Shown piece after piece: positions 11,187-20,562 of a stretch of 64,000 bases of DNA. Made by a program: the position numbers and the translations under genes. The notes below the pieces were generated by a model that saw nothing but the letters and a program-made list of their open reading frames with translations, was not told where the DNA came from and searched no databases. The stretch's first letter is position 1. Each line of letters opens with the position of its first letter. The stretch comes from a plasmid: the sequence record NZ_CP020440.2; one strand, 5' to 3'.

Positions 11187-13502
11187 ATGAACATGCAATC
11201 CAAGGTCGAGACCCGCGGCATCGTGCGCGGCGGCGAGACCCTGAAGCAGCACCGCGACCGGCTGATGGAGGCCACGAAGCGGACCAAACATTACGCCGGG
11301 CTGGACAGGCTTGAGCTGCGCGACAGCGACCCGATCAAGTACAACAAGCTGTTCTCGCGCCTTCGGGCCGGCGTCGTCGATGCCCGCGAGACCGCGAAGA
11401 AGATCGCCGCCTCGCCCATCGTCGAGCAGGAGGGCGAGCTGTGCTTCACCCTTTACAACGCGGCGGGCGACTCGATCCTGACCTCGACAGGGATCATCAT
11501 CCACGTCGGCACCATGGGCGCCGCGATCAAGTACATGATCGAGAACGGCTGGGAGCATAACCCCGGCATCAAGGACAAGGACATCTTCTGCAACAACGAC
11601 AGCCTGATCGGCAACGTCCATCCCTGCGACATCCACACCATCGTGCCGATCTTTCATCAGGGCGAGCTGATCGGCTGGGTCGGCGGCGTGACCCATGTGA
11701 TCGACACCGGCTCGGTCGGGCCAGGGTCGATGTCCACGGGCCAGGTGCAGCGGTTCGGCGACGGCTATTCGATCACCTGCCGCAAGATCGGAGAGAATGA
11801 CGAGCTGAAGCGCGACTGGCTGCATGAAAGCCAGCGCATGGTGCGCACGACCCGCTACTGGATGCTGGACGAACGCACCCGCGTCGCCGGCTGCCACATG
11901 ATCCGCAAGCTGGTCGAGGAGGTGATCGCGGACGAAGGCATCGAGGCCTATTGGAAATTCGCCTATGAATCGGTCGAGCATGGCCGCATCGGCCTGCAGG
12001 CCCGCATCAAGGCGATGACCATTCCCGGCAAATACCGGCAGGTCGGCTTTGTCGATGTGCCCTATGCGCATGACGACGTGCGGGTGCCGTCCGATTTCGC
12101 CAAGGTCGATACGATCATGCACACGCCGTCGGAAATCACCATCCGGGGCGACGGCACCTGGCGGCTGGACTTTGAGGGCTCGTCCCGCTGGGGCTGGCAC
12201 ACCTACAACGCGCATCAGGTCAGCTTCACCAGCGGCATCTGGGTGATGATGACCCAGTCGCTGATCCCGACCGAGATGATCAACGACGGCGCCGCCTATG
12301 GCACCGAATTCCGGCTGCCGAAGGGCACCTGGATGAACCCTGACGACCGGCGGGTGGCCTTCAGCTATTCCTGGCACTTCCTGGTCTCGTCCTGGACGGC
12401 GCTCTGGCGCGGGCTCTCGCGCAGCTACTTCGGGCGCGGCTATCTGGAAGAGGTGAACGCGGGCAACGCCAACACCTCGAACTGGCTGCAGGGCGGCGGC
12501 TTCAACCAGTATGACGAGATCCACGCCGTCAACTCGTTCGAATGTGCCGCGAACGGGGTCGGGGCCTCGGCCCACCAGGACGGCATCAGCCATGCGGCCG
12601 CCGTCTGGAACCCCGAAGGCGACATGGGCGACATGGAGATCTGGGAACTGGCCGAGCCGCTGGTCTATCTGGGCCGGCAGATCAAGGCATCCTCGGGCGG
12701 CGCGGGCAAGTATCGCGGCGGCTGCGGCTTTGAAAGCCTGCGCATGGTCTGGAACGCCAAGGACTGGACGATGTTCTTCATGGGCAACGGCCATATCAGC
12801 TCGGACTGGGGGCTGATGGGCGGGTATCCGGCAGCCTCGGGCTATCGCTTCGAGGCGCATGACACCCGCCTGAAGGAGATCATCGCCGAAGGCGGCGCGA
12901 TCCCGCATGGCGGCGACACCGACCCCGAGAACCCGACATGGGAGGCGATGCTGCCCGACGCGCGGATCAAGCGCGACAAGCAGGCGATCACCACCGAGGC
13001 GATGTTCAAGGACTATGACCTTTACCTGAACTACATGCGCGGGGGCCCGGGCTTCGGCGATCCCCTGGACCGCGAGCCGCAGAAGGTGGCCGACGACGTG
13101 AACGGCGGCTATCTGCTGCCCCGCTTTGCCGACAGCGTCTATGGGGTCGTGCTGCGCGACGCCGGCGACGGCATGAAGGGTGTGGACAGGGACGCGACCA
13201 CGGCGCGCCGCAAGGCGATCCGCCAGCAGCGCCTGGCGGAATCGGTGCCGACACGGGAATGGATGGCCGAGGAGCGCAAGCGCATCCTTGCCAAGGAGGC
13301 CGGGGTGCATGTCCAGCAGATGTTCGCCGCATCCTTCAAGCTGGGCCCGCGCTTCGAGCAGCAGTTCCGCAGCTTCTGGGACCTGCCGGCCGACTGGCGG
13401 CTGATGGAAGCGGATCTGCCGATCCCCTCCTACGGGCGCGAATACTCGATGGACATTTCCGAGCTTCCGGACGTGAAGACGGTCCAGTTCGTCGAGGAAT
13501 GA
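11187..13502 (+). CDS. acxB: acetone carboxylase alpha subunit (hydantoinase B family)
   Basis: 771 aa hydantoinase-B/oxoprolinase family protein, encoded immediately after acxA. Confidence 0.85.
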   Translation: MNMQSKVETRGIVRGGETLKQHRDRLMEATKRTKHYAGLDRLELRDSDPIKYNKLFSRLRAGVVDARETAKKIAASPIVEQEGELCFTLYNAAGDSILTSTGIIIHVGTMGAAIKYMIENGWEHNPGIKDKDIFCNNDSLIGNVHPCDIHTIVPIFHQGELIGWVGGVTHVIDTGSVGPGSMSTGQVQRFGDGYSITCRKIGENDELKRDWLHESQRMVRTTRYWMLDERTRVAGCHMIRKLVEEVIADEGIEAYWKFAYESVEHGRIGLQARIKAMTIPGKYRQVGFVDVPYAHDDVRVPSDFAKVDTIMHTPSEITIRGDGTWRLDFEGSSRWGWHTYNAHQVSFTSGIWVMMTQSLIPTEMINDGAAYGTEFRLPKGTWMNPDDRRVAFSYSWHFLVSSWTALWRGLSRSYFGRGYLEEVNAGNANTSNWLQGGGFNQYDEIHAVNSFECAANGVGASAHQDGISHAAAVWNPEGDMGDMEIWELAEPLVYLGRQIKASSGGAGKYRGGCGFESLRMVWNAKDWTMFFMGNGHISSDWGLMGGYPAASGYRFEAHDTRLKEIIAEGGAIPHGGDTDPENPTWEAMLPDARIKRDKQAITTEAMFKDYDLYLNYMRGGPGFGDPLDREPQKVADDVNGGYLLPRFADSVYGVVLRDAGDGMKGVDRDATTARRKAIRQQRLAESVPTREWMAEERKRILAKEAGVHVQQMFAASFKLGPRFEQQFRSFWDLPADWRLMEADLPIPSYGREYSMDISELPDVKTVQFVEE

Positions 13503-13573
13503 GCGTTCCGGCTGCGCCCATTCCCCCCCTGTGGCGCAGCCATCCCTTCAAGGCCAATCCAATGGAGGAACCG

Positions 13574-14074
13574 ATGGCCTATACCAAAGCCAAGATCAAA
13601 GACCTGGTTGACGGCAAGATCGACCGCGACACCCTGCACACCATGCTGTCCACGCCGAAGGACAAGGAACGGTTCCAGATCTATCTGGAGATCCTGCAGG
13701 AGCAAGTCGACTGGGACGACCCGATCATCCTGCCGCTGGGCCCGAAGCTGTACATCGTGCAGCGCAAGTCCGACGGGAAATGGATGATCCGCAGCCAGGC
13801 GGGACATGATTTCTGCGAATGGGACCAGAACTGGAAGCTGCACGCCCGCATCCGGGTCAGGAACACCCCGGCCCAGATGGAGGAGCTTTATCCCCGGCTG
13901 ATGGCGCCCTCGCCCGAATGGCAGGTGATCCGCGAATACTTCTGCCCGCTGTCCGGCGATCTGCTGGACGTCGAGGCGCCGACCCCCTGGTATCCTGTGA
14001 TCCACGACTTCGAGCCGGATATCGAGACCTTCTACAGGGACTGGCTGGACCTTCCGGTGCCCGAGCGCGCCTGA
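13574..14074 (+). CDS. acxC: acetone carboxylase gamma subunit
   Basis: 166-aa small subunit with the Cys-rich segment (CEWDQNW ... CPLSGDLL). GGAGGAA RBS 4 nt before the ATG. The upstream in-frame ORF extension (from 13259) overlaps acxB and was rejected. Confidence 0.8.
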   Translation: MAYTKAKIKDLVDGKIDRDTLHTMLSTPKDKERFQIYLEILQEQVDWDDPIILPLGPKLYIVQRKSDGKWMIRSQAGHDFCEWDQNWKLHARIRVRNTPAQMEELYPRLMAPSPEWQVIREYFCPLSGDLLDVEAPTPWYPVIHDFEPDIETFYRDWLDLPVPERA

Positions 14075-14176
14075 CCGGACCTGGGGCCTAAGGCCGGTGG
14101 AGTGTCCGAAAATCGGACGCTCCATCAGCTTTTGCCCATGATAGCCATGACCCACGAACGACCCGGAGGGAATAGG

Positions 14177-15214
14177 ATGAAAGCGCTCGTGTACCAGGGT
14201 CCAGGCAAGAAGGACTGGATCGAAAAGGAAAAGCCCGGCATCGAAAAGCCGACCGACGTCATCGTGCGGATCACCAAGACCACGATCTGCGGCACCGACC
14301 TGCATATCCTCAAGGGGGACGTGCCGGCCGTCACCCCAGGGCGCACCCTGGGGCATGAAGGCGTCGGCGTCGTCGAGGAGGTCGGCGGTGCGGTGGCAAA
14401 CTTCAAGCCCGGCGACGCGGTGCTGATCTCCTGCGTCACCTCTTGCGGGCGCTGCGCCAACTGCAAGCGCCAGCTTTACGCCCATTGCGCCGACGGCGGC
14501 TGGATCCTGGGCCACAAGATCGACGGCACCCAGGCGCAATATGTTCGCATCCCCCACGGCGACAATTCGCTTTACCCGATCCCCGAAGGCTCGGACGATG
14601 AGGCGTTGGTGATGCTGTCCGACATCATGCCGACGGGCATGGAGATCGGCGTGCAGGCCGGCGGGGTCAAGCCCGGCGATACCGTCGCCATCGTCGGCGC
14701 CGGTCCGGTCGGCATGTCGGTGCTGCTGACGGCCCAGTTCTATTCGCCCGGCCGCATCATCATGATCGACATGGACCCGGCCCGGCTGGAACTGGCCCGC
14801 CAGTTCGGCGCGACCGATGTGGTCCAGGTCGGCGCCGAGGACGCGGCGGCGCGGGTGCTTGAGCTGACGGACGGGCAGGGCGTCGATGTCGCCATCGAGG
14901 CCGTGGGTATCCCCGCGACCTTCGACATCTGCCAGAAGATCGTCTCGGCCGGCGGCAACATCGCGAACGTCGGCGTGCACGGCAAACCCGTGCAGCTGCA
15001 TATCGAAGAGCTTTGGATCAAGAACATCAACATCTCGATGGGGCTGGTCTGCACCAACACCACGCCGATGCTGCTGAAGACGCTGAAATCCGGCAAGGTG
15101 GATCCGGGTCGGCTGGTCACGCATCGCTTCAAGCTGGACGAGATCATGCAGGCCTATGAGGTCTTCGGCAATGCCGCGCGCGAAAAGGCGATGAAGGTGA
15201 TCATCTCGGCCTGA
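14177..15214 (+). CDS. adh: Zn-dependent, NADP-type secondary alcohol (isopropanol) dehydrogenase
   Basis: MKALVYQGPGKKDWIEKEKP ... GHEGVGVVEEVG ... CGRCANC: the medium-chain dehydrogenase catalytic and structural zinc sites, with strong similarity to Thermoanaerobacter/Clostridium beijerinckii sADH. GGAGGG RBS. Completes an isopropanol->acetone->acetoacetate module with acxABC. Confidence 0.85.
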   Translation: MKALVYQGPGKKDWIEKEKPGIEKPTDVIVRITKTTICGTDLHILKGDVPAVTPGRTLGHEGVGVVEEVGGAVANFKPGDAVLISCVTSCGRCANCKRQLYAHCADGGWILGHKIDGTQAQYVRIPHGDNSLYPIPEGSDDEALVMLSDIMPTGMEIGVQAGGVKPGDTVAIVGAGPVGMSVLLTAQFYSPGRIIMIDMDPARLELARQFGATDVVQVGAEDAAARVLELTDGQGVDVAIEAVGIPATFDICQKIVSAGGNIANVGVHGKPVQLHIEELWIKNINISMGLVCTNTTPMLLKTLKSGKVDPGRLVTHRFKLDEIMQAYEVFGNAAREKAMKVIISA

Positions 15215-15228
15215 GACAGCCGGGCGGG

Positions 15229-15258
15229 GGAAGGCTGGTCAGAAAACCGGAGCCTTCC
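15229..15258 (+). terminator. putative terminator hairpin after adh
   Basis: GGAAGGCT-14 nt loop-AGCCTTCC, a perfect 8-bp stem directly after the adh stop. No strong U-tract, which is common in high-GC alphaproteobacteria. Confidence 0.4.
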
Positions 15259-15415
15259 TCGAGCCCTGCGCAGGCAGGGCGTAGGATTTCGGGCCGCCGG
15301 AATTGACAGCCCTGCACGGTTCCGGCAAGTCTTGGGAAACAGGGTCGCGGATGCGCCTTGCTTGAACCATGCCCCGGCGGGGCTGCAAGTTTGATGATCC
15401 GTTGTCGGAGCCGCC

Positions 15416-15901
15416 TTGACCGATCCTGTCCCGGTGTCTGCCCCACCCCCGCCTTATCCCCTGGCCCTTGCGCTGTCGAATGCGCGCCTTGGGGTGTTCC
15501 GCCTGCGCCCGGGCGAGGATCCTGTCCTTGCCCTGCGCGCGGTGCAGCGGCGCACCGGCGCGCGGGCCATGGCGGTGGTCACCTGCGTGGGCAGCCTGAC
15601 ACGGGCCGAGATCCGGCATGCGAACCGCCCCGAGGGCACGCGCTATCAGGGCCATTTCGAAATCACCTCGCTGACCGGCACGGTCGATCCGGACGGAGAG
15701 CATCTGCACCTAACCATAAGCGACGGCGATGGCCACGCCTTTGGCGGGCATCTGCTGCCCGGCTCGGCAGTCTATACCACGGCCGAGATCGTGGTGGCGC
15801 TGTTGGACGATCTGGCCTTCGCCCGCGAGCCATGCCCCCTTTCGGGTTATGACGAACTCGTCATCCACGACGCCTTGCCGCCAAAGGAACCCCAGGCATG
15901 A
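15416..15901 (+). CDS. PPC/DUF296-domain protein
   Basis: About 160-aa protein of the PCC (DUF296) fold family. Its stop overlaps the ECF S-component start (ATGA). Start uncertain (TTG at 15416 or an internal ATG). Confidence 0.6.
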   Translation: MTDPVPVSAPPPPYPLALALSNARLGVFRLRPGEDPVLALRAVQRRTGARAMAVVTCVGSLTRAEIRHANRPEGTRYQGHFEITSLTGTVDPDGEHLHLTISDGDGHAFGGHLLPGSAVYTTAEIVVALLDDLAFAREPCPLSGYDELVIHDALPPKEPQA

Positions 15902-16479
15902 CATCCAACCGCTTTTCCACCCGCAATCTGGTTCTGGTCGCCATCGGCATCGCGCTGAACCTCGCCCTGGGCCAGGCGGCGTCCTTTCTCAACCTGCCGA
16001 TCTTTCTCGATTCCGTCGGGACCGTGCTGGCGGCGGTGCTGGCCGGGCCGGTGATCGGCGGGCTGACCGGGTTGCTGACCAACCTGCTGTGGGGGCTGCT
16101 GCAAGGGCCCACTGCGGCCTTCTTCGCGCCGGTCGCCATGATGGCCGGCATCGCGGCGGGCCTGCTTGCCCGTGCGGGGCTGTTCCGGACCTGGTGGCAG
16201 GCGGCGATCTCGGGCGCGGTGATCGCGGTCGCCCTGGCGGTGGTGGCGGTGCCGATCCGCATCTATCTGTTCGGCGGCGTGACCGGCAGCGGTGCCGACT
16301 TTGCCGTGGCCTATCTGCTGAAGGTCGGCGAAAGCCTGTTCGGCTCGGTCCTGATCACGGTGATCGGCACGAACCTGGTGGACAAGATCGTCACGGCGCT
16401 GCTGGTCTGGGGGATCCTGCGCGGCCTGCCCACGCGGGCCGTCGGTGATTGGCCCTTTCTTGCCCACAGCCGGGCCTGA
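15898..16479 (+). CDS. ECF transporter substrate-specific (S) component
   Basis: 193 aa with 5-6 predicted TM helices and the Gly/Ala-rich signature of ECF S components. Translationally coupled to the EcfT and EcfA genes downstream. Confidence 0.7.
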   Translation: MTSNRFSTRNLVLVAIGIALNLALGQAASFLNLPIFLDSVGTVLAAVLAGPVIGGLTGLLTNLLWGLLQGPTAAFFAPVAMMAGIAAGLLARAGLFRTWWQAAISGAVIAVALAVVAVPIRIYLFGGVTGSGADFAVAYLLKVGESLFGSVLITVIGTNLVDKIVTALLVWGILRGLPTRAVGDWPFLAHSRA

Positions 16480-16491
16480 CCGGCGGCCGCG

Positions 16492-17238
16492 ATGTTCCAG
16501 CCCGGTCCGGACAGCGCCTTTCGCCGCGCCAACCCGCTGACACGGCTGGCCCTTGTCGCGGCAGTGGCGGCGATGCTGCCGTTGTGGCCGGCCCCGGTGC
16601 TGCTGGCGGCGCTTGCGGTCGTGCTGACCGGGGGCGCAGCCCTGGGCTTTGGCCGATTGCTCGCTTGGCGGATGGTGCTGCTGATGCTGCCCCTGGCGAT
16701 TGCGCTGGCCGTCGTTCAGGGCCTGCTGGTCCCGCGGGGGCCGGTGGCAGCCTGCGGCCCGCTTGCCTGTTATCCCGAGGGCCTGGCTTACGGGCTGAGG
16801 GTGTTCGCGCGGCTGACGCTTCTGCTTGGCATCGGCCTCGTCTTCGTGATGACGACGCGGCCGTCGGACCTGGCACGCGCGCTGGACGGGGCAGGCGTGC
16901 CCCCCTCGATCTCCTACCTGCTGACCGCGCCGCTTGCCCTGGTCGAGACGGTGGGCCAGGAGGCGCGCGAAGTCCGCGACAGCCTGCAGCTGCGCGGGTT
17001 CTCGGCCCGGGGCGGGCTGCGCGCGCGGGTGCGGATCCTGGCCGCGATGATGAACCCGCTGGCGCGCAGCCTGATTACCGATGCCCCGGCCCGCGCCGAG
17101 GTGCTGGAAATGCGCGGCTTCCGCGCCTTTCCGCGCCGGGGCCTGATCGACCCGATCCAGGACAGCGCGGCCGAGATCCGGCTGCGGCGCGCCTTCCTGG
17201 TCCTGGCGCTGCTGCAACTGGGGCTGGCGGCGGCATGA
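16492..17238 (+). CDS. ecfT: ECF transporter transmembrane (T) component (EcfT/CbiQ family)
   Basis: 248 aa, CbiQ-like, with the conserved Ala-Arg-Gly-type coupling-helix region (MMNPLARSL). Confidence 0.75.
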   Translation: MFQPGPDSAFRRANPLTRLALVAAVAAMLPLWPAPVLLAALAVVLTGGAALGFGRLLAWRMVLLMLPLAIALAVVQGLLVPRGPVAACGPLACYPEGLAYGLRVFARLTLLLGIGLVFVMTTRPSDLARALDGAGVPPSISYLLTAPLALVETVGQEAREVRDSLQLRGFSARGGLRARVRILAAMMNPLARSLITDAPARAEVLEMRGFRAFPRRGLIDPIQDSAAEIRLRRAFLVLALLQLGLAAA

Positions 17239-17960
17239 CCCTGGACGCCAGCAATCTTGAATTTGCCTGGCCCGGCGGCACGCCGCTGTTCCAGGGGCTC
17301 GACCTGTGCCTTGACCGGGGCGAGCGGCTGGCGATCCTCGGCGGCAACGGTTCGGGAAAGTCCACGCTGGGCCGCTGCCTAGCCGGGTTTCTGCCAGTGC
17401 AGGGCCGTCTGGCGTGGAAGGGCCGCCCCTGGTCGGCGTTGTCGCGCGCAGACCATGCGGCGGCGGTGCAATATGTCGGCCAGCGGCCGCACCTGCATCT
17501 GAGCGGGCGCGGCTTCACCCTGCGCGAGGAGGTCGCCTTCGGCCCTGAAAACCTGGGCCTGCCCTCGGCCCAGATCCGGGCCAGGGTGGACGAGGCGATG
17601 GCCTTCCTGGGCCTTTCGCATCTGGCCGGGCGCGATTGCCACCGCCTGTCGGGGGGCGAGACGCAGCGCGCGGTCCTGGCCGGTGCCCTGGCGATGCGCC
17701 CGGAGCTTCTGATCCTGGACGAGCCGATGACCGATCTTGATGCGGAAAGCCGCGACGGGCTGGCCGCGCATCTGCGCGAACTGCCCTGGAGCATGACGGT
17801 GATCGTCCTTGATATCGGCTATCAGGACTGGATGGAGGACCTGGTGCCGAGGCATCTGCTTCTGGACGCCGGGCAGGTCCAGGGTCCGTTCGACAACGCC
17901 GAACTGTTCAGCCGGCCGCTGCCGGAGCGGCTTCTGCGGCCCGCCCGACTGTCGCCATGA
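17235..17960 (+). CDS. ecfA: ECF transporter ATPase A1
   Basis: Walker A GGNGSGKST, signature LSGGETQR, Walker B LLILDEP. The true start MTLDAS overlaps the ecfT stop (ATGA). The 503-aa track ORF from 16449 is a frame read-through. Confidence 0.8.
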   Translation: MTLDASNLEFAWPGGTPLFQGLDLCLDRGERLAILGGNGSGKSTLGRCLAGFLPVQGRLAWKGRPWSALSRADHAAAVQYVGQRPHLHLSGRGFTLREEVAFGPENLGLPSAQIRARVDEAMAFLGLSHLAGRDCHRLSGGETQRAVLAGALAMRPELLILDEPMTDLDAESRDGLAAHLRELPWSMTVIVLDIGYQDWMEDLVPRHLLLDAGQVQGPFDNAELFSRPLPERLLRPARLSP

Positions 17961-18634
17961 CCGCCGGCGTCGAGATCGAGGGGCTGAGTTTCGGCTATCC
18001 GGGCCAGCCGCTGCTGTTCTCGGGACTGGACCTCAGCCTGCGCGCCGGCACGGGCTTGGCGGTGCTGGGGCCGAATGGCCGGGGCAAAAGCAGCCTGCTG
18101 CGTCTGCTGTCGGGCCTGGAGCGTCCGCTGCGGGGCCGTATCCGGGTCGCCGGGCTCGACCTGTCCCACGCCCTGGCGCGGGATGTCGCGCGGCTGGTCG
18201 GCATGGTGGCGCAATCCTCCGACCGCCAGTTCCTGCGGGCGCGGGTGATCGACGAGGTCGCCCTGGGCGCCCGGACCCTCGGCCTTGCCCATCCCGGGAT
18301 GCTGGCACAGGGCGCGCTTGAACGGCTGGGCATCGCGGATCTGGCCCCGTGCCATCCCCTGGACCTGGATGCGGGCCGGCGGCGCCTTGTGGCCCTGGCG
18401 GCCGCCGTCGCCCATCGCCCGCGCCTCTTGCTGCTGGACGAGGCGCAGCGCGGGCTCGACCGGCTCAACCGCGGTTTTCTCGAGCGGCTGATCCAGTCCG
18501 AAACCGTTCTCGGCACGACCGTGCTGGCCGTGACGCATGACACGGACTTCGCCCGGCGGATCGCCAGCCACATGCTGCTGGTGTCGCAGACCGGGGTGGA
18601 GGTCCGCGCCTGCAAAGATTGGTCCGGAGGATGA
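17957..18634 (+). CDS. ecfA: ECF transporter ATPase A2
   Basis: Walker A GPNGRGKSS and Walker B LLLLDE. Start overlaps the previous stop. Confidence 0.75.
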   Translation: MTAGVEIEGLSFGYPGQPLLFSGLDLSLRAGTGLAVLGPNGRGKSSLLRLLSGLERPLRGRIRVAGLDLSHALARDVARLVGMVAQSSDRQFLRARVIDEVALGARTLGLAHPGMLAQGALERLGIADLAPCHPLDLDAGRRRLVALAAAVAHRPRLLLLDEAQRGLDRLNRGFLERLIQSETVLGTTVLAVTHDTDFARRIASHMLLVSQTGVEVRACKDWSGG

Positions 18635-18812
18635 CGAAGGTAGGCAGGACGCTGCCCTGCCGATTGGACTGACTGGGCACGCAGCAGGCCTTATCTTCGA
18701 ACACTGTGCAAGGTGGGCATCGCCCAGCCTTCGATGTTGCGGCAGGCGGCCTCCGGCTGCGACAACGCGCCTGCTTTCCCATTGATGTCTTTTTTCAATT
18801 CCTTACGGGAAC

Positions 18813-19709
18813 ATGCCTGGCAGCCAATTCGTTGAGAGACCATCTTGCCCCTTGAGAAAGGCAGACGAATTGACCGCACGGGCCGATGCTGAACGAAGGG
18901 CTCCCTCGAACCGGGAATATGCCGTCGATCTGATGCGCGCATTCGGCGGCGCGGTGATTTTCGCGTTCCCGCTTCTGATGACGATGGAGATGTGGTGGCT
19001 GGGCTTCTACATCGATCCCCTGCGGCTTCTGGTGTTCCTGACGCTGAACCTTGTCATCCTGTTCGGGCTGTCCTGCTTTGCCGGGTTTCGAAAGACCTTC
19101 CACCTCAAGGAAGATGCGCTTGACGCCTTCGCAGCCTATGGCGTCGGCACGATCTGCTCGGCCGCGCTTCTGGCGCTGTTCGGGATCATCACCTGGGACA
19201 TGCCGCTCAGCGAAATCGTCGGCAAGATCGCCGTTCAGGCCGTTCCCGCCAGCGTCGGCGCCATGGCCGCGCGCAGCCAGCTCGGCGATAACGAGGAGGA
19301 AGAGGAGAAAGCCGCGGACGGCTATGCGGGTCAGCTGTTTCTCATGCTGGCAGGGGCGCTGTTTCTGGCCTTCAATGTCGCACCGACCGAGGAGATGATC
19401 CTGATCTCGTTCCTGATGACGCCCTGGCATGGCTTGGCCTTGGTGGTCGTATCGATTCTGGCGCTGCACGCCTTCGTTTATTCGCTGGACTTTTCGGGCC
19501 AGGAAGAGCTGCCGGGCGACGGCGGCTTCTGGCGGACCTTTTTCGGCTACAGCATCGCCGGCTACGGGATCGCGCTGCTGGTCAGCGTGTATGTGCTTTG
19601 GACGTTTGGACGGCTCGACGGCGTGGGCATGGGGCAGGTCGCCATGATGACGGCCGTGCTGGGCTTCCCGTCGGCGCTTGGCGCCGCGCTGGCGCGGCTG
19701 GTCGTGTGA
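18813..19709 (+). CDS. integral membrane protein of the TIGR02587 family
   Basis: Multi-TM protein (PLLMTMEMWWLGFYIDP ...) with an acidic loop (DNEEEEEK). Paired with the TIGR02588-like gene downstream. The N-terminal start is uncertain. Confidence 0.6.
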   Translation: MPGSQFVERPSCPLRKADELTARADAERRAPSNREYAVDLMRAFGGAVIFAFPLLMTMEMWWLGFYIDPLRLLVFLTLNLVILFGLSCFAGFRKTFHLKEDALDAFAAYGVGTICSAALLALFGIITWDMPLSEIVGKIAVQAVPASVGAMAARSQLGDNEEEEEKAADGYAGQLFLMLAGALFLAFNVAPTEEMILISFLMTPWHGLALVVVSILALHAFVYSLDFSGQEELPGDGGFWRTFFGYSIAGYGIALLVSVYVLWTFGRLDGVGMGQVAMMTAVLGFPSALGAALARLVV

Positions 19710-19719
19710 GGCAACAGGA

Positions 19720-20142
19720 ATGGAGCATCGGCAGGTGTCGGATCAGCAAGACAAGCGGCAGGACAGCGGGACCCCGGCCCTCGAATGGATCGCGGCGGGC
19801 ATCGGGCTTGTCCTGACCTTGGCGATGCTGGGGTTTATCGGCTGGCAGGCCTGGAAAAGCACGGGAGAGGAGCCTCCCGCGATCAAGGTGAATGTCCAGC
19901 GGATCGTTCCGTCGGCCGATGGCTGGCTTGTCGAGGTTGCGGCGCAGAACCTGTCGGCCGCTACCGCCGCCGCCGTCCAGATCGAGGGAGAGTTGCTGGA
20001 CGGCGAGCGTGTGATTGCCACCAGCCAGGTCACGCTCGACTACGTCCCCGGCAACTCGGAGCGCCGTGGCGGCCTGTTCTTTCGCGAGGACCCCGAGGCG
20101 CACGGGCTGAAGGTGCGCGCCCTGGGCTATGCTGAACCGTGA
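19720..20142 (+). CDS. TIGR02588-family small membrane-anchored protein
   Basis: 140 aa with one N-terminal TM helix. Conserved partner of TIGR02587. AGGAA RBS. Confidence 0.6.
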   Translation: MEHRQVSDQQDKRQDSGTPALEWIAAGIGLVLTLAMLGFIGWQAWKSTGEEPPAIKVNVQRIVPSADGWLVEVAAQNLSAATAAAVQIEGELLDGERVIATSQVTLDYVPGNSERRGGLFFREDPEAHGLKVRALGYAEP

Positions 20143-20562
20143 GCGCGTTGCACAAAGGGACGGGGTCACGCGGCAGCGGGAAGTTGCGGTGGGCCGAGAT
20201 GCTGCTGACCGTATCGCCGGTTCCCTTGGCCGCGACGACGACGGATAATCAAGTCCTGGTTCCAACGACCTACTCGAAATCGGTTCTGCGCAGCGTTGCA
20301 GGGGTTCCGGCGATCTTGATCGCGAATTCGGCGGCAATGCCGACGCTGCCATCAAGGACGATCCTGAACTGATCTGCGACGAGGAAAAGCTCTATCGCAG
20401 CCGCTGATCCGTCAGGCTGACGCAGACAGGCCGTCTATCGCACGGTCACGGAGCGGCTTGTCCGGGCCGCCCGCAGCGCCGCTCCGCCTTGGCTTTCCGA
20501 CGCGCGTTTCGGAACGGATTTGCCCCTGGCGCCGTTCCTGAACCAACCGAAGGAGAAGCCCG

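Noticed and set aside
13259-13573. Upstream extension of the acxC ORF (271 aa in the track)
   Set aside because: Overlaps the 3' end of acxB by about 240 bp in another frame and is Arg/Ala/Gly-rich. A strong RBS precedes the internal ATG at 13574, giving the expected about 166-aa gamma subunit.
16449-17960. 503-aa ORF spanning the ecfT region and ecfA1
   Set aside because: Only the C-terminal 241 aa (from MTLDAS at 17235) is an ABC ATPase. The upstream part is the out-of-context reading across ecfT, whose own frame encodes the T component.
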